Source: Syncephalis fuscata S228 (taxonomy: Eukaryota > Fungi > Zoopagomycota). Taken from it: a stretch of 64,000 nt of DNA. The notes under the pieces are model-generated. The model was given only the letters and a program-made list of their open reading frames with translations. It had not been told where the DNA came from and ran no database searches. Positions 17,521 through 30,204 of the stretch are shown piece by piece; within the stretch, counting starts at the first letter, position 1, and each line of letters begins with the position of its first letter. The stretch lies in NCBI GenBank assembly GCA_025786725.1, contig JAHLTZ010000012.1, positions 434,001 through 498,000 of the forward strand, written 5' to 3'. A program made the translations under genes and the position numbers.

Positions 17521-19008
17521 TGTTTATTATTTTACTCCAAGCAGAATAGTAACAATATGCTTTTATATATTTTATTTAGCTTATTAATTAAATAAAAATA
17601 AATAAACATATTACAGCTAGTTACATTCAATACAGCTACATTGACACTGCTCATTTTAACAATACTATCAGTTATCTATTTGTACTATTTATTACACTAA
17701 TATTAAACAATTTGCCAATAATTTAGAATAGTTTGGGGCCAAATGACCAAACTCGATAACATTCGCGTAGTTGAACTGCACATTTGTTCTACTGAACATG
17801 GGGACAAGTGGTGAGTTTTATTTAATCGCCACATTATTACATTTATTGTTTGCTTGGTGGTCAAAACTACATTTAATAGCATTCAATATATTGAACATGA
17901 TGATGGGTGGTGAGTGGCATAATCATCAAATACTCATCATCATAGATTCGTTATCCAGTACGCATATATTCAGTATATATATATCCTTAGTCGTTTATAT
18001 CACTCTCAATATGTTCCATATTACTATATATCATTCTACAATACACTAGACACATTTTACTGCTTATATACCCCAACATACTTTGCTCATTCCACTTATT
18101 GCACTATATGCACTATAGCTTTAACATTATTTCTTATACTTTCTTACCGCACATTTATCATTCTATATAACATTCTATACTCATTAGCTTTTTTCTATCC
18201 AAAACCGTTTTTATTTTTGTTCTAGCACTATTATTAATAAATCTTAACTAATTCCACTCATTGATCATGCATATATGCTTAGTAACTTTAACATAGCTAA
18301 TCGTCGTTTTACACCGTATATTTTTATATTGTATATCATTTTATTACCTAGTGAATACACACTAGCTATTGCAGTTGTTGTTGTTTTGGCTTTAGAGCTA
18401 TTATTAATAAATTTCAACTCATTCGCCTCATTCATTTAGCAAACTATATGTAATTGAAACCTATAACAACATGATGTATTCAGCATAGCATAAAATAATA
18501 TATAACAGTATGGTCATACATTGTTAGTGATATAGGTGATATGGATATACGTATACTGAATATGTGCATGTGGATAACGAATCTATGATGATGAGTATTT
18601 GATGATTATGCCACTCACCACCCATCATCATGTTCAATATATTGAATGCTATTAAATGTAGTCATTTGACCACCAAGCAAACAATAAATGTAATAATGTG
18701 ACGATTAAATAAAACTCACCACTTGTCCCCATGTTCAGTAGAACAAATGTGCAGTTCAACTACGCGAATGTTATCGAGTTTGGTCATTTGGCCCCAAACT
18801 ATTCTAAATTATTGGCAAATTGTTTAATATTAGTGTAATAAAAGTACAAATAGATAACTGATAGTATTGTTAAAATGAGCAGTGTCAATGTAGCTGTATT
18901 GAATGTAACTAGCTGTAATATGTTTATTTATTTTTATTTAATTAATAAGCTAAATAAAATATATGAAAGCATATTGTTGCTATTCTGCTTGGAGTAAAAT
19001 AATAAACA
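17521..19008. mobile_element. Foldback / non-autonomous TIR-like element, about 500-bp inverted arms
   Basis: 17521-~17960 is a near-exact reverse complement of ~18570-19008, with weaker similarity to ~18035/18495; ends TGT...ACA; ATA on both sides (17518-17520, 19009-19011). Confidence 0.75.
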
Positions 19009-19519
19009 ATAGCAAGTATCTATCATAAAATTAAAACACTTAATAATAAACACAGAGATGAGGAACACTGAAAAGTAATGTTTATTCGTATGTGCGTGTT
19101 CGTATGTTCTTAGAGGGGATACAAAGCAAACATGCTAAAGAATATATAGGAAGAGTAATTCGTAAGGAGAAACTGGTCATGCATCAATAAACAAACGCAA
19201 TATAAATTTCCATCGCCATCAGTCACATAAGGTGTCTACAAAAACAACTCAATTTTTGCTGCTGAACCATATTGCTAAGCAAAAAGCTATGCAAAGCTAT
19301 CGTGGTCGTTGCAGCAGTGATAGCTAATACAACACGGAGCCAAACCGATGGATGGGAGAGGTGATCGTGCCTCAAAGGGCAGACGTGGCCGCTATAGCCA
19401 CACTACAACATTATAGACAATGGTAATCTAAAGGTATGTATGTGCGCGCAGTTATAGCTGCTATGCCTTAATGTGAAGAGGCATGGCCATCGAATCGGCA
19501 CTGGTTGTATCACTATTTC

Positions 19520-22500
19520 CTAGCCGATAGTAGTAGGTCGTGTGACAGCGGTAGTGGCTACATTAGTAGCCATGGCGGCAGTACGAGGGCGTTGGGCCAA
19601 TATATCACGAAGCATTTGTTCACAAATATCATTATCAGGACGGGGACGTTTTCGTTGCAGATGGCTGGCCGGCTGTTGAGCTGCTACAGAAGCGGCAGCA
19701 CATGGATGTGGCGAAGGCGTAGGCGAGGCAAAACCATGCTGTACACGACCAATAACAATACCTGGCGTGCAAGGTGAAGGTGGTGTAGGCGATACTTTTG
19801 GCATCGGTAACGATACCGACCGACCAGCAGTAAATGCCTGTAACAAAACCTCCTTGCTGACGGGCATAGGTGTTGAATAGGTACGTGCTGCGAATGCTGG
19901 CGTCATTGGCGTTGCAGGCGGTAGCGACTTTGTCACCATAGGCATGGCCTTTGGTGCAATAGTAGCTGGTGCTGGCGCAGCAGTAGCTCCTGCGGCATCG
20001 ACACGAGCCAGTAAATCCGCCTGGAATTCAGAAAAGTCTTTTCAGGAATATATAGATTCCAGCTTAGCCAGTGGAGTAGTTTGCGTTCACAACGAGTAAT
20101 CTCACTCGCGGAAAGCCCGCTAACTCGCGACCAAGCACGATTGGAATACGCTCTGTCCTGAAGATATTTGGTGGCAATAACCAGAGATGCGAGGAACATA
20201 CGACGGCCACATTGACGTGGGTCGGATGAAGTGAGGGGGGAAGAGGATGATGAAGAAGTAGAGCTGGCATCAGAAGCGGTACCCGCTGCTAAACGAGCTT
20301 CAATGGCACTAGCCGCTGATGCACCCATTGCATAACGACTAGATGAGTCCAATTCTGCCGACGTCAGGGCAGGAGAGGAGCCACGTTGGCTATCCGGTGG
20401 TGTGGCCATGCCTTCCGAGCTATCGTCGCTCGATGTAGACATGGACGTGGCCGGTACACATGCAGCAGGGATGGAGGAAGAGGCGGTAGACATGGCAGTG
20501 GCCAAAGCAGAGGCATTGATACAAGTTGCATCCATAACTGAGTCGAGAATAGATGCGCAGTTCTCGTCGGTCATATGCCTTGCCCATGGACTGCCATGAA
20601 CACGAGTAAGATAAAAAAGAGCAGTTTGTAATGTAACATAAGAAGTACGAGAACGACGCAGCACCTCCTGTACGAATAATCTTAAAGGTAATAGCTTAAC
20701 GGCCACTGCCGTTGGTGGCGGTGTTGGCCATATCGATTCGATGACTTGAGTAGCGCAATCTACCAATATAAGTGGTGGTACAACATAGGCCATGGCGTTG
20801 GTTGGTTGGTTAGTTAGTAATAATTGGATATAAAGTGAGAGTAAGTGCGGGGTGTGTTTTTAAAGTTATTAATACAATGAGTCACAAATCGTATAATCCG
20901 ACAAAGATTATAGAACACTTCACAGAATCACTACGACTTTGCTACTATAGTTGTGCTATTGTTGCTGTTGCTATTGCTGTTGCTGCTACCACCGCTACTG
21001 TTGTTACAGAGAAATAAAAGAAATACTAAGTGGTGTAGAATAGAATGAAGCAGACGAATGAAAGGAGAATGGTAATTCTTGGCGCGATCGCGCACAACAA
21101 ACACCGTTGGTTTAAAGAAGATACTATAACAGTGTACTATTCATACAAACAGTACTAGAGACTATGAAAGGTCCATGCAATTGGTTATAGAATGAAGTGG
21201 AAACGGGAATAAAGTCAAGTGTGTAGATTGGTATAGTTATAGGGAAACGGCCAAGCAGTCAATAATCAATCTTATTTAGTCATTGAATCACTAATATAAA
21301 TGTTGACTGACCAAACAACAATGTGTGTGGGTGTGTGGTGTTTAAGTGTGTGGTGTGACGGAGTAAAAACACCGATATCGGTTGAGTAAATAGGCGAAAG
21401 AGCGAAGTCTTGGCTGTCATTCTGCCCCCAAATAGACGGTCATATTTTATCCGCTTGGCAGTTTATCATCGCTTATAGACAGACACGCCCACATCACACA
21501 CTGGATGATAATCATGATTCGGAATGCTTCACACATCACAATGTTTTTTCACCTTTCCCTTTTCACTCTCCTCCCTTCCATTATCAGTCATCATGATACA
21601 CTTGGCATCCAGTGTTAGTCACTGTTGACCAATCTCTGTTGGACAAGCGCGTGGCCATGCAGCCAGCTACCAATCATATCACTGCGTTGCATGAGTGTTT
21701 GCATCGCCTTAATAATGTGGTAAATGTACCGAGCCATTATATGTGCGTATGCTTGTCCATAGTGTGTAACCATAATAAAGCTTCTTTATCGCCGATAGTT
21801 AAGCGTATTATCGATGATGTAGAGCGTGTGCACTAGTAGCGATATTGTCTCACAACAGACGCATTATGCATAGGACATATACCATGGCGAAGAATGGCTT
21901 GGCTGACAAACCAAGATTAATAATCGTACACTGCAAGTATCAAGATGCAGCACTGTTTTGCCATGCATCGATTGATTTGTCATGCCATTTACGTGTATCA
22001 TTCATTATCCATCCTATTTTCTAGATACATATCATTGTATGTATATGCGACGATCCTTTCCACTCCCCCCAACGACTCTTCACAATGAGTCATTTAAATA
22101 AATAAACAAATAAACAAACAAGCAGCAACCACTCCTCATATACTATGCGTCTATTACAAATAATAGTAATAGTAATAATGATGGCGATAGTAGTAACAAT
22201 AGCAATAATGACGGCAATAGCAACAAAAAGAACACCTATCGTACAATAGCGTTGTAGAACAAAAAAGAACATCCACAGTGACCAATTATGACACACTGTA
22301 TCGTATCACAATTAACAAGTTGAATGCGTGCTATTCGCCCGTATTCATGCACATATCCATTAAAGCATAAAATAATTGGTAAACTCACCGACTAGATGAT
22401 GGACAAACTCGGCCCGACGGCATTTGTCGGCTGGAGCTTTGGTGGTTGACGGTGTGTCTTCAACCGTACATTTTGTCTGGTCAACGGCAGCTATTGTGGC

Positions 22501-22641
22501 GGGTACCGATACGTTTTGCATCGATAGAGTGCCACTACCACCGTTGACCGGCGTACTGGTTGTATTATCCACAGAGCCATTTACCATTACTTCAGACATG
22601 GTCGCTATAGATAATTGGGATATTTCGTCCGGAGTAGGCAT
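19520..22641 (-). CDS. Pho80/Pcl/Clg1-type cyclin; 1.6-kb intron 22388-20760; apparent 1-bp deletion near 20035
   Basis: LPLRLFVQEVLRRSRTSYVTLQTALFYL and CGRRMFLASLVIATKYLQDRAYSNRAWSRVSGLSASEITRCERKLLHWLSWNL; splice joins EFVHHLV-DCATQVIESIW. Confidence 0.9.
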
Positions 22642-24859
22642 CTATATCGATAATGATGATAGTAACATTAGTATAGAATAATTATTGATATTATTAATCC
22701 ATTTCCATATCATCTATTCTAAACCAACAATGACATTTACTTGTAATTAAAAGTATCTGTGGGTGAAAATACTTGTCATCATCACTAATTGTCATTCTAT
22801 TGACACTTTTTGCCACAAGTGTCATTTATTGCCATTCTATTGCCATTCTATTGCCATTTAATTATCTCGACTATGTATTTATTCATCTATAGTCAATTAT
22901 TATTTTGAATTAGTAGAATATAGCCATTATTAACTAGGCTATAGCTACTCTTATTATTCTTATATTATATATTGTATATTATATATTATTATTTGGTATA
23001 GTGGCAGGCATATGTAGATATCTATTCTATTTAAACCATGGTATCACCGCTACCTACCTTGTTCCAACAAAAAGAAAATTAAAAAATCAAAATGTTGACA
23101 GATTGACGATGCTATAATATACCGTTGCTTAGTAATATGTAGATGAATATACGCATATAAATAAAACATTTATACAAATAATGACTCAGGCAAACTAATA
23201 TCCAGTAATGGGTCTCTCGCCTATGGTCATACACTTACCTCGTTCGAGCAATACCAATTCTCAAGGAGATAAAATAGGAAACGCAGAGATAGGATTGTAG
23301 TTTTATACCACCAAATAAACGATGGCAAAACTAGCTAATAATGAATTGAAAGTAGAAATAAAGATACGCCAAACGTAACTTGGACAAAAGTAGAGACCTG
23401 CTTAGCAGTAAGTAGAATAGATCAATTGTTACGGAAACCGTAGAACAAATGTAATGTCAATAATGACTCTGTTGTGTTATCTTGTTGATAAAGTGGATAC
23501 TGTTGTTGTTGTTGTTGTTGATAGTGTTGTTATTGTTGAATGTGTGCTAGTTGAATAAATCAAACAAAGCCACACTGGTTAGAATCGACGATTGAATCAG
23601 CGGGTTTAATGTCAAGCCACGCTGAAAACAGCCAGAGCAAAGGGTATAATGAGGACACGGTGTGCGCTCGGTAGAATAGGTCTCCGCCCAACAAAGGTGG
23701 TGGAAAGCAAGTCAAATAGTAAAGCGGTCAAAAGATAGATATAAAGGGACACTCTCGAGGCCACTACCAACAACGAGCTCAACCAACACACACCGAAGCG
23801 CGTTTATGTGCTAAAAAGAAAAATCAATAAGGAAAAAGCGGGAAGCTATTGTAGGCCAAGCTGCTATGCAGATCAACTACAACAACCAAGTACTCGTCAG
23901 GTAGATGAACAGTGGCAAGTACTCTATGCTAAAAAGCGTAGACTGGACAATGATATAATGGATATTGGTAAGAGTTTAAAAGGTTAGGTTAAAAGGTCAG
24001 CACAATGGAATACACACGATGGTGAAGTTGGTTTAAGCACGCGTGGTGGCAGCCTCGATAGCCGCGAATGGAGTCGAGTAGCGAGTAATGTTAGGCATTG
24101 CGCAACAAGTGCATTCAAAAGGAAATCAATATATGTGGAAGAAGCTCATAGGAGCAGTCAGTAGTCAAGTTAAAGGTAAAGTTAAAAGCTGGCTATTTAA
24201 AAAAGCAAGCTTAAGAGCGCAGTGAGAATGATGGCTGTTGGCAAGTCATTGAAACCTTTGAGTGAGTTAAAAGTTAGTAAGTAAGCAAGCAGAAGCTGTT
24301 GTTACTAAAGTATGAGTGAATAAGTGTGAGTGTGTGTGTGAGTTATGTGAGGAAAGCAGTAGAGAAGAAGGAAAAGAAATGGAAAAAGGGGAAATGTTCA
24401 ATTTTAATCTATACTCGCAATACACTCGCTCTCACACACACACAAGTTAGTGTGGTTTGTGTGGTAACAAGTAAATTATCGAAGGTCTCAGTAATGCCAT
24501 TACTGTAGTAGATTCGCTGAAACAAATCATGTGACCAAATATATAATTATGAGTCATCTTGGTGCATAAACGGAATATCAAAAGGGCAATCCTCTGCCAA
24601 TTGACACTCAGACACACACACATATACAACACAGCATAACACGCATGAACACACCGACACCATTTCTCTACTATTCTTGCGTGGTTGGTGATTATCGACT
24701 ACTTCAATGCCAATAAACCTGTGGGGTGTTGCACAACAGACAGAATAAAACACCATGGGAACGACGAATAGCGGCTTGGCCGCCACCATCATCATCATCA
24801 TCATAGCATAGTACAGAGTCTATATTAATATGGTTATCACTATGCTTATTGTTGTTTAT

Positions 24860-26008
24860 TTAGGGCAGTGCATTGATAAGTTGCTGCATTCGTTGTTGAA
24901 GCTCTCTATAAAATGACCATGTGTTAGCATGCTTTTGTTATTTACAGCGGCTATTTGCGGCATCAATGACTTACTGGTAAACATTTAATGCCGAGTCGGT
25001 TGCTTCTAGCCATTCCGCGAACCAGTCGGCCAGATCATCAAGCGGAATATCGGCGGCACTGCCCGGCTCTACCAATATACACCAGCGTAGTGTATCCAAG
25101 GCAGCGAGACGAAGCGGCATATGCTGTGTGTAATGCAATATGTCCACTAGTCGGACCACTATGGACCAACCAGAAATGACGAATTGGTACAACGCAATAA
25201 ACTGTTGGTTGTTATTGTTGCTGCTGCTGTCGGTGTCAGCGTCAATGTCAGCATGATCACTATCGCCATCTGTCAATAAATGGGCTAATAAGCTGCTATA
25301 CAATCTACATGTCGTATATTAGTAATGTTGTTACATTAAATCAATGATGATTTCTAATTAAAACAGTCCTATTGACGTCTTAACTCACTCACCGACAGGC
25401 CTCTGTTAATAATGGTGCATCTTGTCCCTGTGCAAGAAGTCGAGCGCTAACATCGCATACTTGTGGATCTGCTAATAATAAATGGGCAGGGTCAGGCCAG
25501 CTAGCAAGGTTAGCCAGTGCGCCAAGGGCCAATTCCACCGTACGTGGTCTATAATTAACGGCCATTCTTGGCTGTTGTTCTATAGATATGAATACTGTAT
25601 TAGTATCATCGTCATTATCCGTATCTGTATCATCATTGTTACCAGTATCACTATCGTCATCGTTAGTATTATTTGGGTATTATCTTCAGTATCTATTTTA
25701 TGGCTTGTAATGGGCGTAATGATATGAAGTAAAAGACGATGTGCATTGTCAGCCGCAAATTGATAAGCATACGCGGATGTACTGGATGCATCCCAGACTG
25801 CGGCTAATCGCTGTTCTAATGGTGTATCCTCTTCTGTAGCACTATCAATATTGCTGCTTTCTATCTTTAATGCTTCGCGTACAGCGTGCAGTAAAGATTC
25901 TCCAGTAATTACGTCAGTTTCCACTGGACAAGAGTAGTCATCTGGAGGCTGTGGGTTTTGAGTAGCTCGTTGTCCGGTAGATTGTCTGTCAGGTACTGTT
26001 GTCTCCAT
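24860..26008 (-). CDS. SAAL1-like ARM-repeat protein, 3 exons, one apparent frameshift near 25670
   Basis: LEQRLAAVWDASS, PRTVELALGALANLASWP and DAPLLTEACRL parallel SAAL1 motifs as recalled (VWDMS, GILGNMAC, DPPTLLETSRLL). Confidence 0.6.
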
Positions 26009-26276
26009 TGTAATTGTATTTTCAGAACTGCTATTACTTACCTCTTATTAATCATAGTAATAAGAGATAAGTAATAGTCTGAATGATCTATTTCTACACA
26101 ATTTGTGTGTGTGTGTGAATGGATTAACGTAAAAACAGAATAAACAAATTAACTTATAAAATATTTTAATAGCTTTAAATAACGCGCTATCTAACCATGT
26201 CAGATACTCATACATCTTAATAGCTAGAACTAAACCAGAGATAAAAACTAGCATTAATGCTATTAAAAAAGAATGA

Positions 26277-26935
26277 TTAGAAATTACTTGGATGGCCGTT
26301 GGGATATTTAATTTGATAGTCTTTTTCGCGTTTAAATAGTAGAATATGTGGTTCAGGTGCTATTTACATAGTAGAGTCATTATATCAGTATACTATTAAT
26401 AAATACTGTAGAATTCATTAATACTAAATATACTCACCGTGAACCATATAATGATACCATCCAGGTGATTGACGAACACCTAGACCGCGCCATTCATCTT
26501 CAGTCAATAGACGAGGTGGATTGGGTAGATATTTGGTAAGACCTTTTACAAGGGCTACATGTCTAATAGACAGTACGATATAGCTCATTAGTTATTTAAA
26601 TAAAACTACAGCTATACTGATACACTTTTCTCTCATCTACTTACCGGTATTCAAATTCGTCATCTAAAGTAGTTAGAATGTATAATACAGCCAATTAATA
26701 TAACATTCTACAAATACGCAGCTCTACTTGCCATAATATCTAGGTGAGTAGATAATATCCCCTTGGTACTTTTCAATATCTAGCTGTTTCTGCTGCTGAG
26801 AAGTTACAGCCTTGCGCGACTGACCACCATGGTTAATCGCCTGCTCGTCTATACCTATATCATTAAACAGCATTGTTACTAACATAGAATAACAGTAATA
26901 TAGACATTATAGTTACCCTCACTATCGTGGGTCAT
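26277..26935 (-). CDS. CKS1: Cyclin-dependent kinase regulatory subunit
   Basis: IIYSPRYYDDEFEYRHVAL...[41 protein letters not shown] assembled over short exons; exact 3' end uncertain. Confidence 0.95.
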
Positions 26936-27133
26936 GATAAGTAGTTGGTCGGTTGAGAGAATGAAAGAATCAAAATAAAAAGTAAATTCAATAAGTAAAA
27001 CAATCAAAGATCAATAGAAAACAAGACGTTCGTAGAAAAATGTGAAAATAATCGCGTAGTCGCGTTTAACGTTTATTGTGTTCATGAATACACTCGATTC
27101 ACTTTACATTGATATACAACTACTATATGCAGA

Positions 27134-27529
27134 TTATAGTGCATGATGACCTGAAGTATGTCTATCCATAGACTCTTCTGCTTCATTGGTCTATATAGTA
27201 TATGATAGATGAGCACTTAATGACTAGTAATAGTCAATATTGATATAACTTACTCGAACAGCAGCGGCTTCTCGACGTAGTTCCTTAACTACTGCGGCCA
27301 GTGCTTCTGGATTAACGCCTCGTTCACACATTTTAACACATAGACTAAGCTGTTCTCGATCTAGTCCAGTATTCAATAGCGTAGAGATTTCATGCAAAAC
27401 TGATGTATATATACATTAGTAATAGCACGCTTTACTCTATTACAAAGTATTATTATAACAATGCTGCTATTATTACTTACTGCGTAGTGCTTCCCGTGCA
27501 TCTTCAGTCTTTTCCTCGCGAGTTGTCAT
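27134..27529 (-). CDS. MZT1: Mitotic-spindle organizing protein 1 (Mozart1)
   Basis: [52 protein letters not shown]. Confidence 0.95.
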
Positions 27530-27644
27530 GGTAGAATAGATTGTTAAAACAGCAGCAATAATAACCACAATAGAATATGAAAACAATAATAAAAATCAAA
27601 AGTTTAATTATTAATCTCTATCCTATTCCACCTTTATCTTTACT

Positions 27645-29909
27645 ATGTCGTCAAGTACCAGAGAACTATTAACGCTACAAATTGGTACTTATGCCAATTA
27701 TGTGGGTGCTCATTTCTGGAATGCACAAGATATTGCGGGGATAGACCAACAAGAAGACGCCATTGACCACGATGTATTATTTCAGGCAGGCGAGAATCTT
27801 CAAGTAATACTATATTATAAATTATAGTTAATAGTAACTAATAACTAATAATAAGGGAGAGACAACTTATACACCTCGGTTACTTGTAGTTGATAATAAA
27901 GGTATTGTTAATTAATTAATACTTGATTATCTATTTATAAAGTATTTAAATCAATGATGATATAATAGATCATTTGGGATATCTTTCAGCCAATGCTTTA
28001 TTAGGTCTTGATGAAGATAGCCAAGAGACGACACCTGGTTGGTAAGTAATTCATTTAAACTTAATAATATCTAATTATAAGAAAGTTGATTAGGTCAGGT
28101 GCAGTAAATACGATACGGCAACCAAAATGAATCGACATGAATTCATTCAAGATTTAGAAAGCGAAGCATTGGCGAATGAAGTAGGTTAATATTATTTATG
28201 CGATTATAACAGCTTATATGATATATGATATGATATATGACATATGGTATAATATAGTCTATGGATAATGCGGCTACACGTCAATATCACTTTGAACAAA
28301 CTGTTCATGGCTGGTCAGATTATCTTCGTCTTTACTTGCATCCAAAGACACTAGGTGCCGGTATTTTATCACGTGAAGCACGGCTTAATTGGTTTCCTCA
28401 AGCAGCAGATGTATGGCAACAAACAGAGGCATCGGAACTGTTAATCGATGATGAATTAAGATGGTTTGCCGAGGCATGTGATCATTTACAGGTAAATATT
28501 TAATGTATCCCTATTTATCTATATGCTAAGTATTAGTTATAGGGATTTCAAATAATGTCAGATGTAGTTAATGGTTATGGTGGCTATACGTCTCGGCTAC
28601 TGTCAGAATTACGAGATGAATATGGCAAAACAGATATTCTTGTATTTGGTGTATCAGAAACAGCAGCTGATGGATCATCGGAAATGGCAAGTAAACTATA
28701 TAAATATTAATCAATCAATCAATTAACTAATTGGTAACTAGATCAATCAACAGAGGGCAATTAATACGGGATTCTCTACTACTTCGTTGGCTTCATTGGC
28801 TACCACCTATGTACCAGTTGAATATCCATCCGCTCAGTATTTGGCTCATTACTTGGAAAATGCGGTAATTATACATTATGTATGGTGTCAAAGTATGGCA
28901 ATTAATGGTTATCTATATTATAGACTAGTGCCTATGCATCTTCTGGTCTAATTGCAACAGGAATTGATATTGTATCAACTAGTCTTCGGTAAGTAGTAAT
29001 GATAATAGGAATACTAAAGTATTCATTTATAATATTTAGTCTCAAAGAGAATCCTATATCTATGAGCCATATTACAAGTCTGGTAAATCAACGTGAATAT
29101 AATAACATTTCAACATTGGAATTGGCCCTTCCTTTCCTTCAATTGCCAAATCCTTCAAGTTGGGAAACAGTGGCTGATACATTAACTAAACGTGGATCAT
29201 TTATGCCTTTGATTCCACGAGTAGCCAATGTAAGCTTATAATCAAAATAACAGATTGATCCATCTAATACAATCAACCATAGACACCGATTAATACATTG
29301 GCTCAATCTTTGGTATTTTATTCTGGATCTACTAGTGCACTGCCTATGGTCCCTGATAGTAGGTAAATAACCAATACATATGTATATACATATATGTATA
29401 TATAGCGTCTAATTATAATATAGCGATCGATCAAATGATGTCGATCTACTATCTAGATCTATCAAGTATCAATTGGCACTTTCATCCCAAAGTGCCCGTA
29501 TAGAATTGAAATGTCTCGAACGATTTTATCAATTCCCGTCCACTTTTCCTAATCTTATTAAAAGACATCGGTAAGTAATTTATTATTTTGCACATAAGTT
29601 ATATAATACTAATATTTTACTAGGTCATGTAAGTAATTACAACCCTTTATTACTGTATTATTATATGATTGTATATTTATTATTATTGTTATATGTATAG
29701 TACCTAGTCATTGTCAAGATGCCATGACAGCACGTCTACACACCAGTAATGTCGTAGGAACATTGTTATACGATACGGAAACACAGCTTAAATCACTTGG
29801 TACACGATTCGTGGCAAATGCTCACGGTATTGACCGTGATGATTATAGTGAAATGATGCAAGCATTTTCAGACATTAATGAGGCATACGGTTCTGATAAT
29901 CAAGCGTAA
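27645..29909 (+). CDS. DML1: Misato/DML1 tubulin-like protein, many short exons
   Basis: RELLTLQIGTYANYVGAHFWNAQD, ETTYTPRLLVVDNKD, WSDYLRLYLHPK, LRWFAEACDHLQGFQI. Confidence 0.92.
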
Positions 29910-30204
29910 CAAACTACATATAAATATTTGTTTAATTTAATAAACAAAATACCATTTATGTTATCAAATAATGAAGTGTACAACATGCCATACTGTTTAT
30001 TATTAGACCAATAAAATGAAAACAACAACTTTCAAAACCTTATCATCATTGTATCAGGTAATACGTCAACACAGTCCATCCATCAACACTTTCTTCAATA
30101 ACAACATTCTCAATTGATCTAGGGATTGGTTCTACTACTACTACAGCTAGTATATTCTTTTTCTCTCTCTCCTCTCTCTCCTCCTTCTTTCTTCTTTCTC
30201 ACCT

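Noticed and set aside
15101-20040. Programmed ribosomal frameshifting in the homeobox and cyclin genes
   Set aside because: No consistent slippery site or stimulatory structure, and the same type of indel hits many unrelated housekeeping genes.
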